Positions 26,323 through 35,769 of a DNA stretch of 64,000 nucleotides are shown piece after piece. Both the position numbers and the translations under genes were made by a program. The DNA is taken from IMG/VR virus record IMGVR_UViG_3300020576_005257, positions 32,001 through 96,000 of that record; one strand, 5' to 3'. The notes under the pieces were generated by a model. That model did not search any database. It was given only the letters and a program-made list of their open reading frames with translations, and had not been told where the DNA came from. The first letter of the stretch is position 1, and each line of letters begins with the position of its first letter. The DNA comes from a virus (lineage: Duplodnaviria; Caudoviricetes).

Positions 26323-26817
26323 ATGAATATTATAGAAATTAAATTTGCTAGTCCTATTAATAGGCTACCTGGAGGAGAGGTCACAGTTCAACTTGAAGTA
26401 GTATTTGAGAATGATGCTGTTTGTTGTGGTTTTGCTAATGCTGCTTCTGCTACCAATGAAGATATTAGTACTGCTATTGATGAGGCTATTACTGATGCCA
26501 TTAGTAGGGCTACTAAACAGGGCCTATTCTCTACAGACAGCTCTGATACAGTGTTAGCTGATGTAATTGCCACTACCCTTGCTCCACAAGCTGAGAAGGG
26601 CTATAAAACAAGAAAGGAAGACGGTGCAATTACTGAAGAAGAGTTTAAGCAACTTTATGAGCCAGCTGATCATCATAAACAAAAAGACCTTGACAATCTA
26701 TGTGATGGGTTAGGTATAACTAGAATTGATGCAAAAGAGAGAGGGTGGAATATGCTTGAAGCTATTTCTGTTATCTCAGCTCTTGGTAAATATGCTAAGA
26801 GATTAGAATCAAAATGA
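26323..26817 (+). CDS. hypothetical protein
   Basis: 164-aa ORF in the replication operon. Confidence 0.6.
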   Translation: MNIIEIKFASPINRLPGGEVTVQLEVVFENDAVCCGFANAASATNEDISTAIDEAITDAISRATKQGLFSTDSSDTVLADVIATTLAPQAEKGYKTRKEDGAITEEEFKQLYEPADHHKQKDLDNLCDGLGITRIDAKERGWNMLEAISVISALGKYAKRLESK

Positions 26818-27149
26818 CTTGTGTAATTATTGGAGAAGTAATAAGTTTCAAAGGTAATACTATTCTGATTAAAGATAGTATTACCGGAGAAATTCATGAT
26901 ACTACTTCTCATGATGATGAGACTTTTGAATTGGAAGAAGGAGCTACTGGTATATTTATAGGTACCTTTGAAAAAGGTATTCCTGTTATTAATAAATATG
27001 AACTTAAGAAATTCCTTGATCCAATGTATGAAGATGATTTAATGGAAATTTCTGGTAAAATTATTGTTGAACTTGTTAATGATCCATTTCCTAAAATCTT
27101 TGCTGATAAGGAAGTACAACAAACTATTATTGATGCAAGTATTCAATAA
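26814..27149 (+). CDS. probable OB-fold nucleic-acid-binding protein
   Basis: CVIIGEVIS..ILIKDSITGEI..LEEGATGIFIG pattern typical of RPA/DnaE-type OB folds. Confidence 0.5.
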   Translation: MTCVIIGEVISFKGNTILIKDSITGEIHDTTSHDDETFELEEGATGIFIGTFEKGIPVINKYELKKFLDPMYEDDLMEISGKIIVELVNDPFPKIFADKEVQQTIIDASIQ

Positions 27150-27174
27150 AATTTTTTTTATCTAATTTAGACTT

Positions 27175-27621
27175 ATGGCTACAGAATCGGTTGACTTGAA
27201 AACGGATCTACTTCCGTTTGTAAAAGAGAAAAAATATCATAGAGCTTTATTTGATGGGGGTATTTTTAATAGAACAGAAAAAAAGACTTTTACTATCTTA
27301 GATTTCTGGAGACATTATATAATTGCTACTATTGGTTCAAGAGAAGCTGCTGGAAGGATGGGAGACTATACTAAACAGGATAGACTAGCCCTCATAGAAA
27401 GCATAATAGGAGAACAGAGGCCTTTAAGAAAATTAGAAGCTGAATATATTTATAAAATTGTTAAGAAGCATGGCTTACAAATAGTTCTGTTTGCAGTTGA
27501 TGAGATTTCTTTAGGTGAGCAAGAGCAATCTGGTTTACCAAGACTTGATGTTATATTGGACTTTATTAAAAGTGGTAGTGTCTATCTACACAAACTTTTG
27601 AGAGAAGATAAAGGACAATAA
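27175..27621 (+). CDS. hypothetical helical protein upstream of helicase (possible loader or initiator)
   Basis: 148-aa ORF; the role is inferred from position only. Confidence 0.5.
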   Translation: MATESVDLKTDLLPFVKEKKYHRALFDGGIFNRTEKKTFTILDFWRHYIIATIGSREAAGRMGDYTKQDRLALIESIIGEQRPLRKLEAEYIYKIVKKHGLQIVLFAVDEISLGEQEQSGLPRLDVILDFIKSGSVYLHKLLREDKGQ

Positions 27622-27648
27622 TTTTTTGGAGTTGTGTAATTTTTAATA

Positions 27649-28698
27649 ATGATTCATTCAGTTGGTAATGTAAAACATATTGATCCTGATTTCTGTATTC
27701 AGAAATATAAGACTGTCATAGAAAAGCTTGGTAATAGAACAGGACCAAATGTTCAATGGATTAAAGAATATGAAGATGATACTAAAATGCGAGTTCCTAA
27801 TAGGAATTTTACTGATGGTATTCCTACTTTTAACCAAGTAGCATCTGATTATACAGAAGGTCTTTGTTTTGTAGGTGGTCGAGCAAACGCTGGTAAATCC
27901 ACATTTCTAATTAATCTTCAAAAAGGTGCCCTTGAAAATAATGATAACGTGGTTATCATTGATTTATCTTTAGATGATCCACCTAAGAAAAGGTATCAAC
28001 AGTATATAGCTGCTATTAGTGGGCTTAGATATACTGAAGTAGCTAATCCAGCTATGCTGGATCCTAGAAAGCAGGATATATTAGAAAAAGCCAGAAATCA
28101 ATTTTTTGATTGGTTAAAATCTGGAAGATTGATTAGTCTTCATAATATTGAAAAATTTTCAGAAGGCAAGCAACTTAATCTGAGAGATTATAGAACTCAA
28201 GTTCACTTGATGAGAAAAATACGAGAAGTCTTTCCAGATTCTAAGATAGCTTTATTTGTTGATGCTTGGAATAATGTAGATATTACTGCTGGAAGACCTG
28301 GATCCGAAATTCTACAAGGTAATGAGGCACTTAACTATCTAAAAGGTGGTTCTGAAGATAATGAGATTATGGGTTTCTACTCAGCTCATATTAGAAAAAC
28401 TACTGAAAAGAGAATTACTATTCAGGACATTAAAGGAACTAGTAATATTGAGTATGATGCTGTTCTTGCATTAATTTTAAGAAATGAACAAAGAGAGAAT
28501 CAACTTGATGAGCCCTTAGTTTATGAAATGAATGATAATGAAATTCCAATCTTGACTATTGATGTATCTAAGAATAAGTCATCTGATTGGGATTATCCCC
28601 TTTTCCATCCAGCTAATACTGGTGCTTGTCAGTTATTTACTTTGAATCCTTTAGAATATAGGCAAATTTATGATGTATATAGAGGCAAAAGAAAATGA
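27649..28698 (+). CDS. DnaB-like (SF4) replicative helicase, ATPase domain only
   Basis: GGRANAGKST, DLSLDD, LFVDAWN, SAHIRK, DIKGTSNIEYDA and SKNK motifs. Confidence 0.85.
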   Translation: MIHSVGNVKHIDPDFCIQKYKTVIEKLGNRTGPNVQWIKEYEDDTKMRVPNRNFTDGIPTFNQVASDYTEGLCFVGGRANAGKSTFLINLQKGALENNDNVVIIDLSLDDPPKKRYQQYIAAISGLRYTEVANPAMLDPRKQDILEKARNQFFDWLKSGRLISLHNIEKFSEGKQLNLRDYRTQVHLMRKIREVFPDSKIALFVDAWNNVDITAGRPGSEILQGNEALNYLKGGSEDNEIMGFYSAHIRKTTEKRITIQDIKGTSNIEYDAVLALILRNEQRENQLDEPLVYEMNDNEIPILTIDVSKNKSSDWDYPLFHPANTGACQLFTLNPLEYRQIYDVYRGKRK

Positions 28699-28898
28699 CA
28701 ACTGAATGGAATGATGAAGATGATACTCAGGTTGAACAAATCAATATATTTTTTAGTGATCTGTCTCCTACTTGTCAAAATTATCTAAGAGATTTAATCT
28801 CTGAATGGGAAAACAAAGATGAAATTTTATCTAGTAGATACGCATTAGGATCTCTGGATAAGGTATTATTTCACAATCTAATGAAATATAAACAATAA
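28695..28898 (+). CDS. hypothetical protein
   Basis: 67-aa acidic ORF. Confidence 0.55.
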   Translation: MTTEWNDEDDTQVEQINIFFSDLSPTCQNYLRDLISEWENKDEILSSRYALGSLDKVLFHNLMKYKQ

Positions 28899-28900
28899 TT

Positions 28901-29359
28901 ATGAAAACATTTGAATTTGAAGGAGTTGAGTTAACTGACGAAACAGTTTTGTTTAAAGCTATTGTTTCTACTAGAACTGCTGATCCAAAGCGATTAGAAG
29001 ATTTAAGAGAGTTGCTTATTGAATCTGTTGCATCTTTTATTACTGCTAGGAAATCTGTAGAGAACTTAGAGTATAAAGAAGATCCTGAAGCTATTCATGA
29101 TAAGCTTTCTATTCTTCATAACTACTCTGGAGCTTTATTGGGATTAGCTGATTCAGTACATAGAAGGATTAAATCTAGATCTTATCTAGATCTTCTAGTT
29201 GTAGAACCAGGTGAGAAAGCACCTACACATGATATTAGGGAATATCATGCAAGAGAAGCAAGCTGTGACCTTGAAGGTCTTATTAGAATGCTTGATACAA
29301 ATCAAAGAAATATTCTTGAATCTATGTCTGTACAGTCTGGAATGATTAAGAGAAGATAA
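28901..29359 (+). CDS. helical hypothetical protein (UvsY-like recombination mediator possible)
   Basis: Long amphipathic helices, size and position near the resolvase; weak inference. Confidence 0.35.
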   Translation: MKTFEFEGVELTDETVLFKAIVSTRTADPKRLEDLRELLIESVASFITARKSVENLEYKEDPEAIHDKLSILHNYSGALLGLADSVHRRIKSRSYLDLLVVEPGEKAPTHDIREYHAREASCDLEGLIRMLDTNQRNILESMSVQSGMIKRR

Positions 29360-29364
29360 TTACT

Positions 29365-29754
29365 TTGATGAAAAACTGGGAGAAAGCTGAATCTGTTGTT
29401 GCTGATTATCTGAAAGGATACAGAGTTTCTGGTTCCGGTAATAAAGGAACCAGGGGCGATGTTAGAAAAAAAGGATATGTAGTAGAAGTTAAACAAACTG
29501 ATAGAAATCTTATTTCATTTAAAGATGAATGGATGAGAGAACTTGTAAAACTTTCTAGCAGAGATGAAGTAGCTATTGCGCTTTTCTTTGATCTAAGAGG
29601 CTATATTTATTTCTATGATGGTATTGATTTTACTTTAGATGAAACTATTCCATGGAAAACAAAGGATTTTACAGAAGAGAATCTTCCAGAAACTTTTTAT
29701 TGGGGTAAATATAGGTGGTCACTTGGCACTTTGCAAGACTTGAGACATTGGTAA
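29365..29754 (+). CDS. PD-(D/E)XK Holliday junction resolvase-like nuclease
   Basis: WEKAESVVA...SGSG...GDV...VVEVKQT. Confidence 0.8.
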   Translation: MMKNWEKAESVVADYLKGYRVSGSGNKGTRGDVRKKGYVVEVKQTDRNLISFKDEWMRELVKLSSRDEVAIALFFDLRGYIYFYDGIDFTLDETIPWKTKDFTEENLPETFYWGKYRWSLGTLQDLRHW

Positions 29755-30759
29755 ATGGACGCTAGACAAGTACTTATTTCTAATTTTGGAGAACCGATTG
29801 AGGTTTCTGGCCCAGAATTAAAATTTGTTTGTACTCAATGTGGGCATAGGTCTTTAACTGGATCTATGCTCACTGGTGTTTATTATTGTTTTGTTTGTGA
29901 GTATGGAGTAGGCCAAAAGCCACTTTTTGTTAATTCTAATTACAAAAAAAGAAAGATTGATTTTGATAAGCATCTTGAAATTACTAAGTGGCTTAAGGAT
30001 AATTTAACCCTTAGTAACTCTCACCGAAACTACTTAAAGTCAAGGGGTATTTATAATCCAGACTTTTTTGGTTTGAAAACTATTCCCACTAGGCTTGAAT
30101 TAAGGATGAAAAAGCATTTTAGTGATACTGAATTACTAGACAGTGGATTTTTCAAACCAGGATTCCATACAGACATAACTGGATGGCCTTGTTTGAAACA
30201 TAATAGAATTTTTATTCCTATTATGAATCACAATAAGCTCTGTGGCTGTAAAACTAGATGCGACTTTAGAGAAGATCTTCAAGAAGATGTAAAATATGCT
30301 TTTCCTACTGGAAGTAGGGCTAATGATTTTGTATCTTATTATCCAACTGGGTCTGATGACTTATTGATTAGTGAGGGTGATTTTAAAGTTATGGCTGCCA
30401 GAGAGTGTGGATATAGTTCTATTTGTAGCTCTGGTATTAATGGTACTGCTGCTTTAAGAAAATTCTTTTTTAATAGTCGTACAAAATATAAAAGAAGATT
30501 TATTATCTTTGATACTGAGAAATCAGATAGTAAAATTCTTTCTAGGGTACAAGCCTACAAACTCTCTGAAAGTTTAGATCATACTGATGTAGCTATTGTT
30601 ATTTTACCTAGACTTAAACCTAATACTAAAATGGACTTAGATACATATTTATTGACTTTTCCTGGAAGATTGAATGATTTACTAGAAGAAGCTTGGTATA
30701 ATAGACAAGAAACTCTTGATAGGGAATATGAATTGACTTATGGCCACATCTCGCACTAA
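29755..30759 (+). CDS. DNA primase (Zn finger plus TOPRIM)
   Basis: CTQCGH...YYCFVC, YLKSRGI, RIFIPI, KY, ISEGDFK, IIFDTE, KMDLD. Confidence 0.88.
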   Translation: MDARQVLISNFGEPIEVSGPELKFVCTQCGHRSLTGSMLTGVYYCFVCEYGVGQKPLFVNSNYKKRKIDFDKHLEITKWLKDNLTLSNSHRNYLKSRGIYNPDFFGLKTIPTRLELRMKKHFSDTELLDSGFFKPGFHTDITGWPCLKHNRIFIPIMNHNKLCGCKTRCDFREDLQEDVKYAFPTGSRANDFVSYYPTGSDDLLISEGDFKVMAARECGYSSICSSGINGTAALRKFFFNSRTKYKRRFIIFDTEKSDSKILSRVQAYKLSESLDHTDVAIVILPRLKPNTKMDLDTYLLTFPGRLNDLLEEAWYNRQETLDREYELTYGHISH

Positions 30760-31705
30760 ATACTCTGATATATTGGAACGAATCCAATTAGTTGATAAAG
30801 CTAACTTCAAAGCTATGGAACAGCATGGTGACTTTGAAGGTTTGTCTGAAAATCCTAAAGAGTTCCTTGAAGAAGTTTTTAAAAGGATGTCACTTTGTAC
30901 AAGGTGTGCCTTATCAGAAAAGAGGACCCAAGTAGTTCTTCCAGATGGTACTTATCAAGGTAAGATAATGATTCTTAGTGAAGGTCCTGGTAGTCTTGAA
31001 GATGCTAGCGGATTGCCTTTTACTGGTCCAATGGAGTTAAAAGCAAGCAGATGTGCTACTTGTGCAAATAGCGTTAGTTGTTACGATCATAGAATTCTTT
31101 ATAAGCCTAATAGTTATAATAAGAAATCTAAGCCTATTATTTGTAACCCTAAACCAGTTAATAAAAATACATTACCAAAACAGTTTTATATTAGGTCAGC
31201 TGGAGCAATTTTAGATGCAGTTATATCTAAAAGCTTTGGCAATAAATATCCAAGACAAAATTGGATTAACTTATATAATAAAGAAAAAGAAGAAAAAATT
31301 CCTTATGATAGTATTTGGTATATAACTAACACAGTATCTTGTAGAGCTTATAATCATATTACTGGAAAGGATGAGACTCCATCGAACACTTTTAGAAGTA
31401 TCTGTAAAAAGTGGCTTTTACTGCAATGGGCTGTTCTTCAGCCAGCAGTAATAGTTTGTTTAGGAAAATCAGCGTTAGAACTACTAGTAGGGGGAGCAGA
31501 TAAAGCTAACCAAGTAGTTGCTGGTGAACTATTCGATACTAAATATGGTAAGGTTATTTATCAACCTCACCCGGCATCTGTAATGAGAGAATCTCATTTA
31601 GAGTCCAGAGCATATGGCTATGCAAAATTAGCTGAAACTCTCAAGAAAGCTGTAGAATATACAGAATCTAATTATTTGGAATTACAAAATGTCGGAAAAC
31701 AATAA
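30740..31705 (+). CDS. family-4-like uracil-DNA glycosylase with Cys-rich insertion
   Basis: CTRCALSEKRTQVV, SEGPGSLEDASGLPFTG, YITNTVSCR, PAVIVCLGKSA, PHPA. Confidence 0.85.
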   Translation: MATSRTKYSDILERIQLVDKANFKAMEQHGDFEGLSENPKEFLEEVFKRMSLCTRCALSEKRTQVVLPDGTYQGKIMILSEGPGSLEDASGLPFTGPMELKASRCATCANSVSCYDHRILYKPNSYNKKSKPIICNPKPVNKNTLPKQFYIRSAGAILDAVISKSFGNKYPRQNWINLYNKEKEEKIPYDSIWYITNTVSCRAYNHITGKDETPSNTFRSICKKWLLLQWAVLQPAVIVCLGKSALELLVGGADKANQVVAGELFDTKYGKVIYQPHPASVMRESHLESRAYGYAKLAETLKKAVEYTESNYLELQNVGKQ

Positions 31706-32390
31706 AACTCTCTTTATAAATATGTTTTGTGGGCCAGGAGGCTCCAAAAGCACAGTAGCAGCTGGAGTATTCTTTACTCTCAAAACTATGAATATTAATT
31801 CTGAATATGTTTCAGAATATGCTAAAGACTTGGTTTGGGCTGAACGTCAGGGTGATCTTAGATGTCAACCCTATGTTACTGGTAAACAATTTTATCGTCA
31901 ATATAGAGTAGACGGTAAAGTAGATTTTGCTGTAGTAGATTCTCCTATTATTCTTGGAATTGCTTATGGTGGTTTTGGGGCTACTGCAAATTGGCAAGCT
32001 GCTGCTTTAGATCATTTCAACATGTTTGAAAATCTTAATATAGTATTAAATAGAAATCTGGAAGATCATCCTTATAATCCAAAAGGAAGACTACAAACTC
32101 AAGAAGAAGCTGTAGCCAAAGACAAGGAAATTGAAGATATGTTAATTCATAAAAACATTCCTTCAGTCAAGATGGCACCTATGCCTATTCAAGATACTAT
32201 TGAAAATATTACCCAACTAGCATTATATACCAAATATACTGAACCAGGTAAAAGTTATTATGGTATTTACTATGAACAAGCTGGACAGAAACTATTTACT
32301 GATTTCACAAATGATAAAAACAATTTGGATTTCTTAATTGAATCAGCTCCCGAAGATTTTAAAATGAAGGTACAAGAGTGGCTAAAATAA
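31689..32390 (+). CDS. P-loop ATPase/kinase (NadR/AAA_28-like)
   Basis: INMFCGPGGSKST, VSEYAKDLVW, VVDSP, GRLQT. Confidence 0.75.
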   Translation: MSENNKTLFINMFCGPGGSKSTVAAGVFFTLKTMNINSEYVSEYAKDLVWAERQGDLRCQPYVTGKQFYRQYRVDGKVDFAVVDSPIILGIAYGGFGATANWQAAALDHFNMFENLNIVLNRNLEDHPYNPKGRLQTQEEAVAKDKEIEDMLIHKNIPSVKMAPMPIQDTIENITQLALYTKYTEPGKSYYGIYYEQAGQKLFTDFTNDKNNLDFLIESAPEDFKMKVQEWLK

Positions 32391-32677
32391 AGAAAACTTA
32401 TTGGGTATTTAGCCATGAGTGGGAAGGTGGTATGTGGGAAGTATCTGCTGTTTCTACTAATAAAGAAAAGATTGCTAAAATTATACATAATAGAATTCTT
32501 GAAGAACTTCAAAGTACCTATTATGATTTTAGTACATCCCAGAAAAAGAAAATTAGAGATCAATTAAACTTAGGTGAAGTAGAAAAAGCTTTAGAATTAT
32601 TTATTCAATTTCAATTTGACAATGAGGTTGATTTTGATAACCAATATATAATTAGATTTGAATCATTTACGGAATGA
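32378..32677 (+). CDS. hypothetical protein
   Basis: 99-aa ORF. Confidence 0.55.
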   Translation: MAKIKKTYWVFSHEWEGGMWEVSAVSTNKEKIAKIIHNRILEELQSTYYDFSTSQKKKIRDQLNLGEVEKALELFIQFQFDNEVDFDNQYIIRFESFTE

Positions 32678-34090
32678 AAACAATATACTTTCCAGTTTTT
32701 AGGCCACCTTCAGTTTCAAAAACTAAGCCTGTATCTGTAAAAGAAAATAATGATAATTGGTTTGAGTATTATTTAAATGAACAAGCTTACTTAATCATGC
32801 CCTATTTTGCCTTTGAGTTTGGTCTTGCTATAGTAGTTTCACAATATGATATTGATGAATACAGTCTTAACTCTTATTTTTCAAGAGTTTTTTATAATAC
32901 TGATTATGATTATTTTGAGAAAACATAATGCGTATTCCTCACCTCACATCAACAAAGTTCACTGTACAAACTACTAATCTATTCTTAGTAGAATATCAAA
33001 AAAATTTTTTTCAGTATTATCTTAAAGATAATTTTTTTTTGGTGTCAGCTTATTTAGATATGATAGCTTATTATATTTCTTATAGTTATGAGATTTCAAC
33101 TACTAATCAACATTCCATGTTTATCAGATATAATAGAAAAGCTAGAAATACATATAACTCTAAATTCGAAGATTTTTCTTTATAATGACTCTTACTTTTG
33201 TATCTTATCATAAATCTGTTAGTCCTGGGTATAAATATCAATACACTTTTCCACAAAAACTGTATACATTTGATAGCTATGATTTAAGTTTTTTTATTGA
33301 TTTAGAAGTTAGACACAAATTTGATCCCCTAATAATTAGTTCAATTGTATATAGACCTTTATTTGAAGAAATGAGTTCTAATGATTGTGGTGGTAAAGAT
33401 GTTTGAGTTTACTAATTATTATGATAATGCTCCATTTGATGGGCATAGATTTCAATATAAACTCCCAACTATTGATTTTCCCTTTTTCTCTTATCATACT
33501 GACTCTAAAATATTCTTAAATTATGGAATAAAAGAGCATACCCGCATTACTTATAATATTCTTTTAGAATTTTTTGAGTATACAAAAGATGAATTATAGA
33601 ACTTATGTTAAAGTAGATAGAACACCTGCTACTACTCCACATTTTAGATATGCTTCTCCAAATGTTTTTAACTGGTATAACTCTGAACTAGAAATTTATA
33701 GGTTTGGATATTATATTTAAATGAAACTTAAGTTGTTCTTCGCTCATTTTGCTGTTTTTAACGATGGTCTTAGATTTAATTATTATTTTGAAGATAAGAG
33801 ATGTAAATTTGATTTATTTGTAGCAGATACACCGTGGATTCTTATAACAAGCCCACGAGAAACCAAATTTTCTTATGATTGGGAGTTTGAAGAATATCTT
33901 AACGATTAAAATAATGAAGTTTCAAAAATATTATTCCCACTCTTCTCGACATTTAAGCTGTAGTTTCCAATATAACGAATTTGAAACTACAGATACTAGT
34001 CAAAGCATATGTCTTAGAAAAGGTTCACTTAAATGGAATTGGTATGACCCTAATCTTGAACTATATGAATATGCTCACTATATTGGTTAA
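32674..34090 (+). other. cluster of seven overlapping small aromatic-rich ORFs (32674-32928, 32928-33185, 33185-33406, 33381-33599, 33589-33720, 33721-33909, 33875-34090)
   Basis: All carry [FY]-x-Y centrally and a Y...[LF]E-type ending. 33589-33720 (43 aa, MNYRTY...HFRY...NWYNSELEIYRFGYYI) is my own translation. Confidence 0.6.
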
Positions 34091-34171
34091 AAACCTTTAT
34101 CGGAAGATCAACTAAAATTTTCTTCTAAAAGAATGTTAACATACATTGGTGTGTTACATAGTTACACTTAG

Positions 34172-34462
34172 GTGTTGGTTATGAATGTGCGTAAACTAGA
34201 TAAAACTCTACGAAACTTTAATGCTCGGAAGAACTCTTTTAATTCTACTGAGTTAATCTCAATTTTAAATTTACTTGATTTTGATATCAGGTATGATGGT
34301 GCTCACTTAGTAGCTCAAAGTGATAAATTAGCCAGAGCTAAAAATACATCTTTTCCAAATGGTACTATTACTTTTGGTTGCCATAGAACTAGTAAAGTTC
34401 TTTCACCAAGAGCATATGCTGATTTGAAGAAGGCTTTAAAAGACTTGAAAGTTATGGATTGA
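34172..34462 (+). CDS. HicA-like mRNA interferase fold protein
   Basis: ELISILNLLDFDIRYDGAHLV...TITFGCH...AYADLKKAL matches the HicA pattern (GSH position reads GAH). Confidence 0.6.
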   Translation: MLVMNVRKLDKTLRNFNARKNSFNSTELISILNLLDFDIRYDGAHLVAQSDKLARAKNTSFPNGTITFGCHRTSKVLSPRAYADLKKALKDLKVMD

Positions 34463-34471
34463 AGGATAGAT

Positions 34472-34690
34472 ATGACTCAACAAATTACATGGAAGACTAA
34501 AGGTGTTGTTCACTATAAAAAAACTGGTGAGTATTTGGTACCCACTGGCAGTGAGTTTTTTGGCTTAGAAAGCCATTTTTCTTTTATTCCAAGTAATAAC
34601 CGAAAAGTTGTTGAAATATATATTCCAGGTGCTAGTGTTACTTATTCTAGTTTTCTAGAAAAATTTGACTTAGATGTATTTGATGATTAG
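34472..34690 (+). CDS. hypothetical protein
   Basis: 72-aa ORF with GAAGGA RBS. Confidence 0.55.
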   Translation: MTQQITWKTKGVVHYKKTGEYLVPTGSEFFGLESHFSFIPSNNRKVVEIYIPGASVTYSSFLEKFDLDVFDD

Positions 34691-34699
34691 GTAAGAATT

Positions 34700-35260
34700 A
34701 TGAGTTATATGTTTTCTGGTGCTATTGGTAATATTGACAAACAAAGAAAGAATTTCCTTCAGGTTGAGAAAGAGATAAGAGAATTATTTCTCCCTTTAGG
34801 ACATCTCTTCAAAATAAAAAATATTAAGGAAGTACATGCTCAGCTCCATACTGACTATAAAACAAAGTATGTTGAACGGCGTAGAATTCCTTTAAATGCA
34901 TCTATGTATCTAGGACCAGCTTTTGAAATAAACATAAATACTGGAGACTGGGATACTGCTATTTTTGCGGTAACGAGAGATGATTATTTAACTTATATTG
35001 AAACCATCCAAAAAAATAAAGATATAGTTGAGGAAATTAAAGAACTTATTCCAAAAGATAACTTAATCTACTTAGGTGCAAGTTATTGTGAGGTTCTTAA
35101 AAAATGTATTGAAGGAACAGTTCCCTGTCCTGTATCTAATCCTAGAAGTTTGAAAGCTTATATATATGGTAATCTTGTTCAAAAGTGCTATGATAGTGGA
35201 AATAGAAATAAAATTAATAGGGCAGTAACATTTTCTAAGGGCAGAAAAATAAGAATCTAA
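34700..35260 (+). CDS. conserved-Cys paralog family member 7 (dispersed copy)
   Basis: YLGPAFEINI...VTRDDYLTYI...LIYLGASYCE...PCPVSNPRSLKAYIYGNL. Confidence 0.45.
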   Translation: MSYMFSGAIGNIDKQRKNFLQVEKEIRELFLPLGHLFKIKNIKEVHAQLHTDYKTKYVERRRIPLNASMYLGPAFEININTGDWDTAIFAVTRDDYLTYIETIQKNKDIVEEIKELIPKDNLIYLGASYCEVLKKCIEGTVPCPVSNPRSLKAYIYGNLVQKCYDSGNRNKINRAVTFSKGRKIRI

Positions 35261-35503
35261 ATGAGTAGTCCTATTTTTAATTATTCTAGTTATTCTCATA
35301 TCTATGAGAATAAACGTCTTTATAAATATGAACAAGGACCTCCATTCTGGAATCTTAAATTTACTGTACAACGAATCAATATTATAGATATTCAATATTA
35401 TATTAATTTTCATATTCCATATGATTTAAATTTGGAATCTTTTCTTCCTCCTTGGAATTATTCAATTTGGTTGAATGATTATAGAAAAAAATTCAACAAC
35501 TAA
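35261..35503 (+). CDS. hypothetical aromatic-rich protein
   Basis: 80-aa ORF. Confidence 0.5.
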   Translation: MSSPIFNYSSYSHIYENKRLYKYEQGPPFWNLKFTVQRINIIDIQYYINFHIPYDLNLESFLPPWNYSIWLNDYRKKFNN

Positions 35504-35741
35504 AAATTTAATATCTTTTATTATGAGCACACTACAATTTTCATATGAGGCGAGCGAGTCTTATACTTATTGTAATATTCCTTGTTGGAGTCAATCTCAA
35601 CTCTCTTTTTGTAGTCTAGATAGAAATCTAGAAATGTTTAAGATGAATATTAGATATCCTTATTTTGTAGATTTGGAAGAATGGAAAGAAGCGAGATTTA
35701 TTTTGGAAGCTTTTCGACAAATTAGAAAAGGTCGTCGCTAA
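35475..35741 (+). CDS. hypothetical protein
   Basis: 88-aa ORF; true start may be internal. Confidence 0.5.
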   Translation: MIIEKNSTTKNLISFIMSTLQFSYEASESYTYCNIPCWSQSQLSFCSLDRNLEMFKMNIRYPYFVDLEEWKEARFILEAFRQIRKGRR

Positions 35742-35769
35742 TTTATTTTGAGTGAGTGGTTATTAATCA

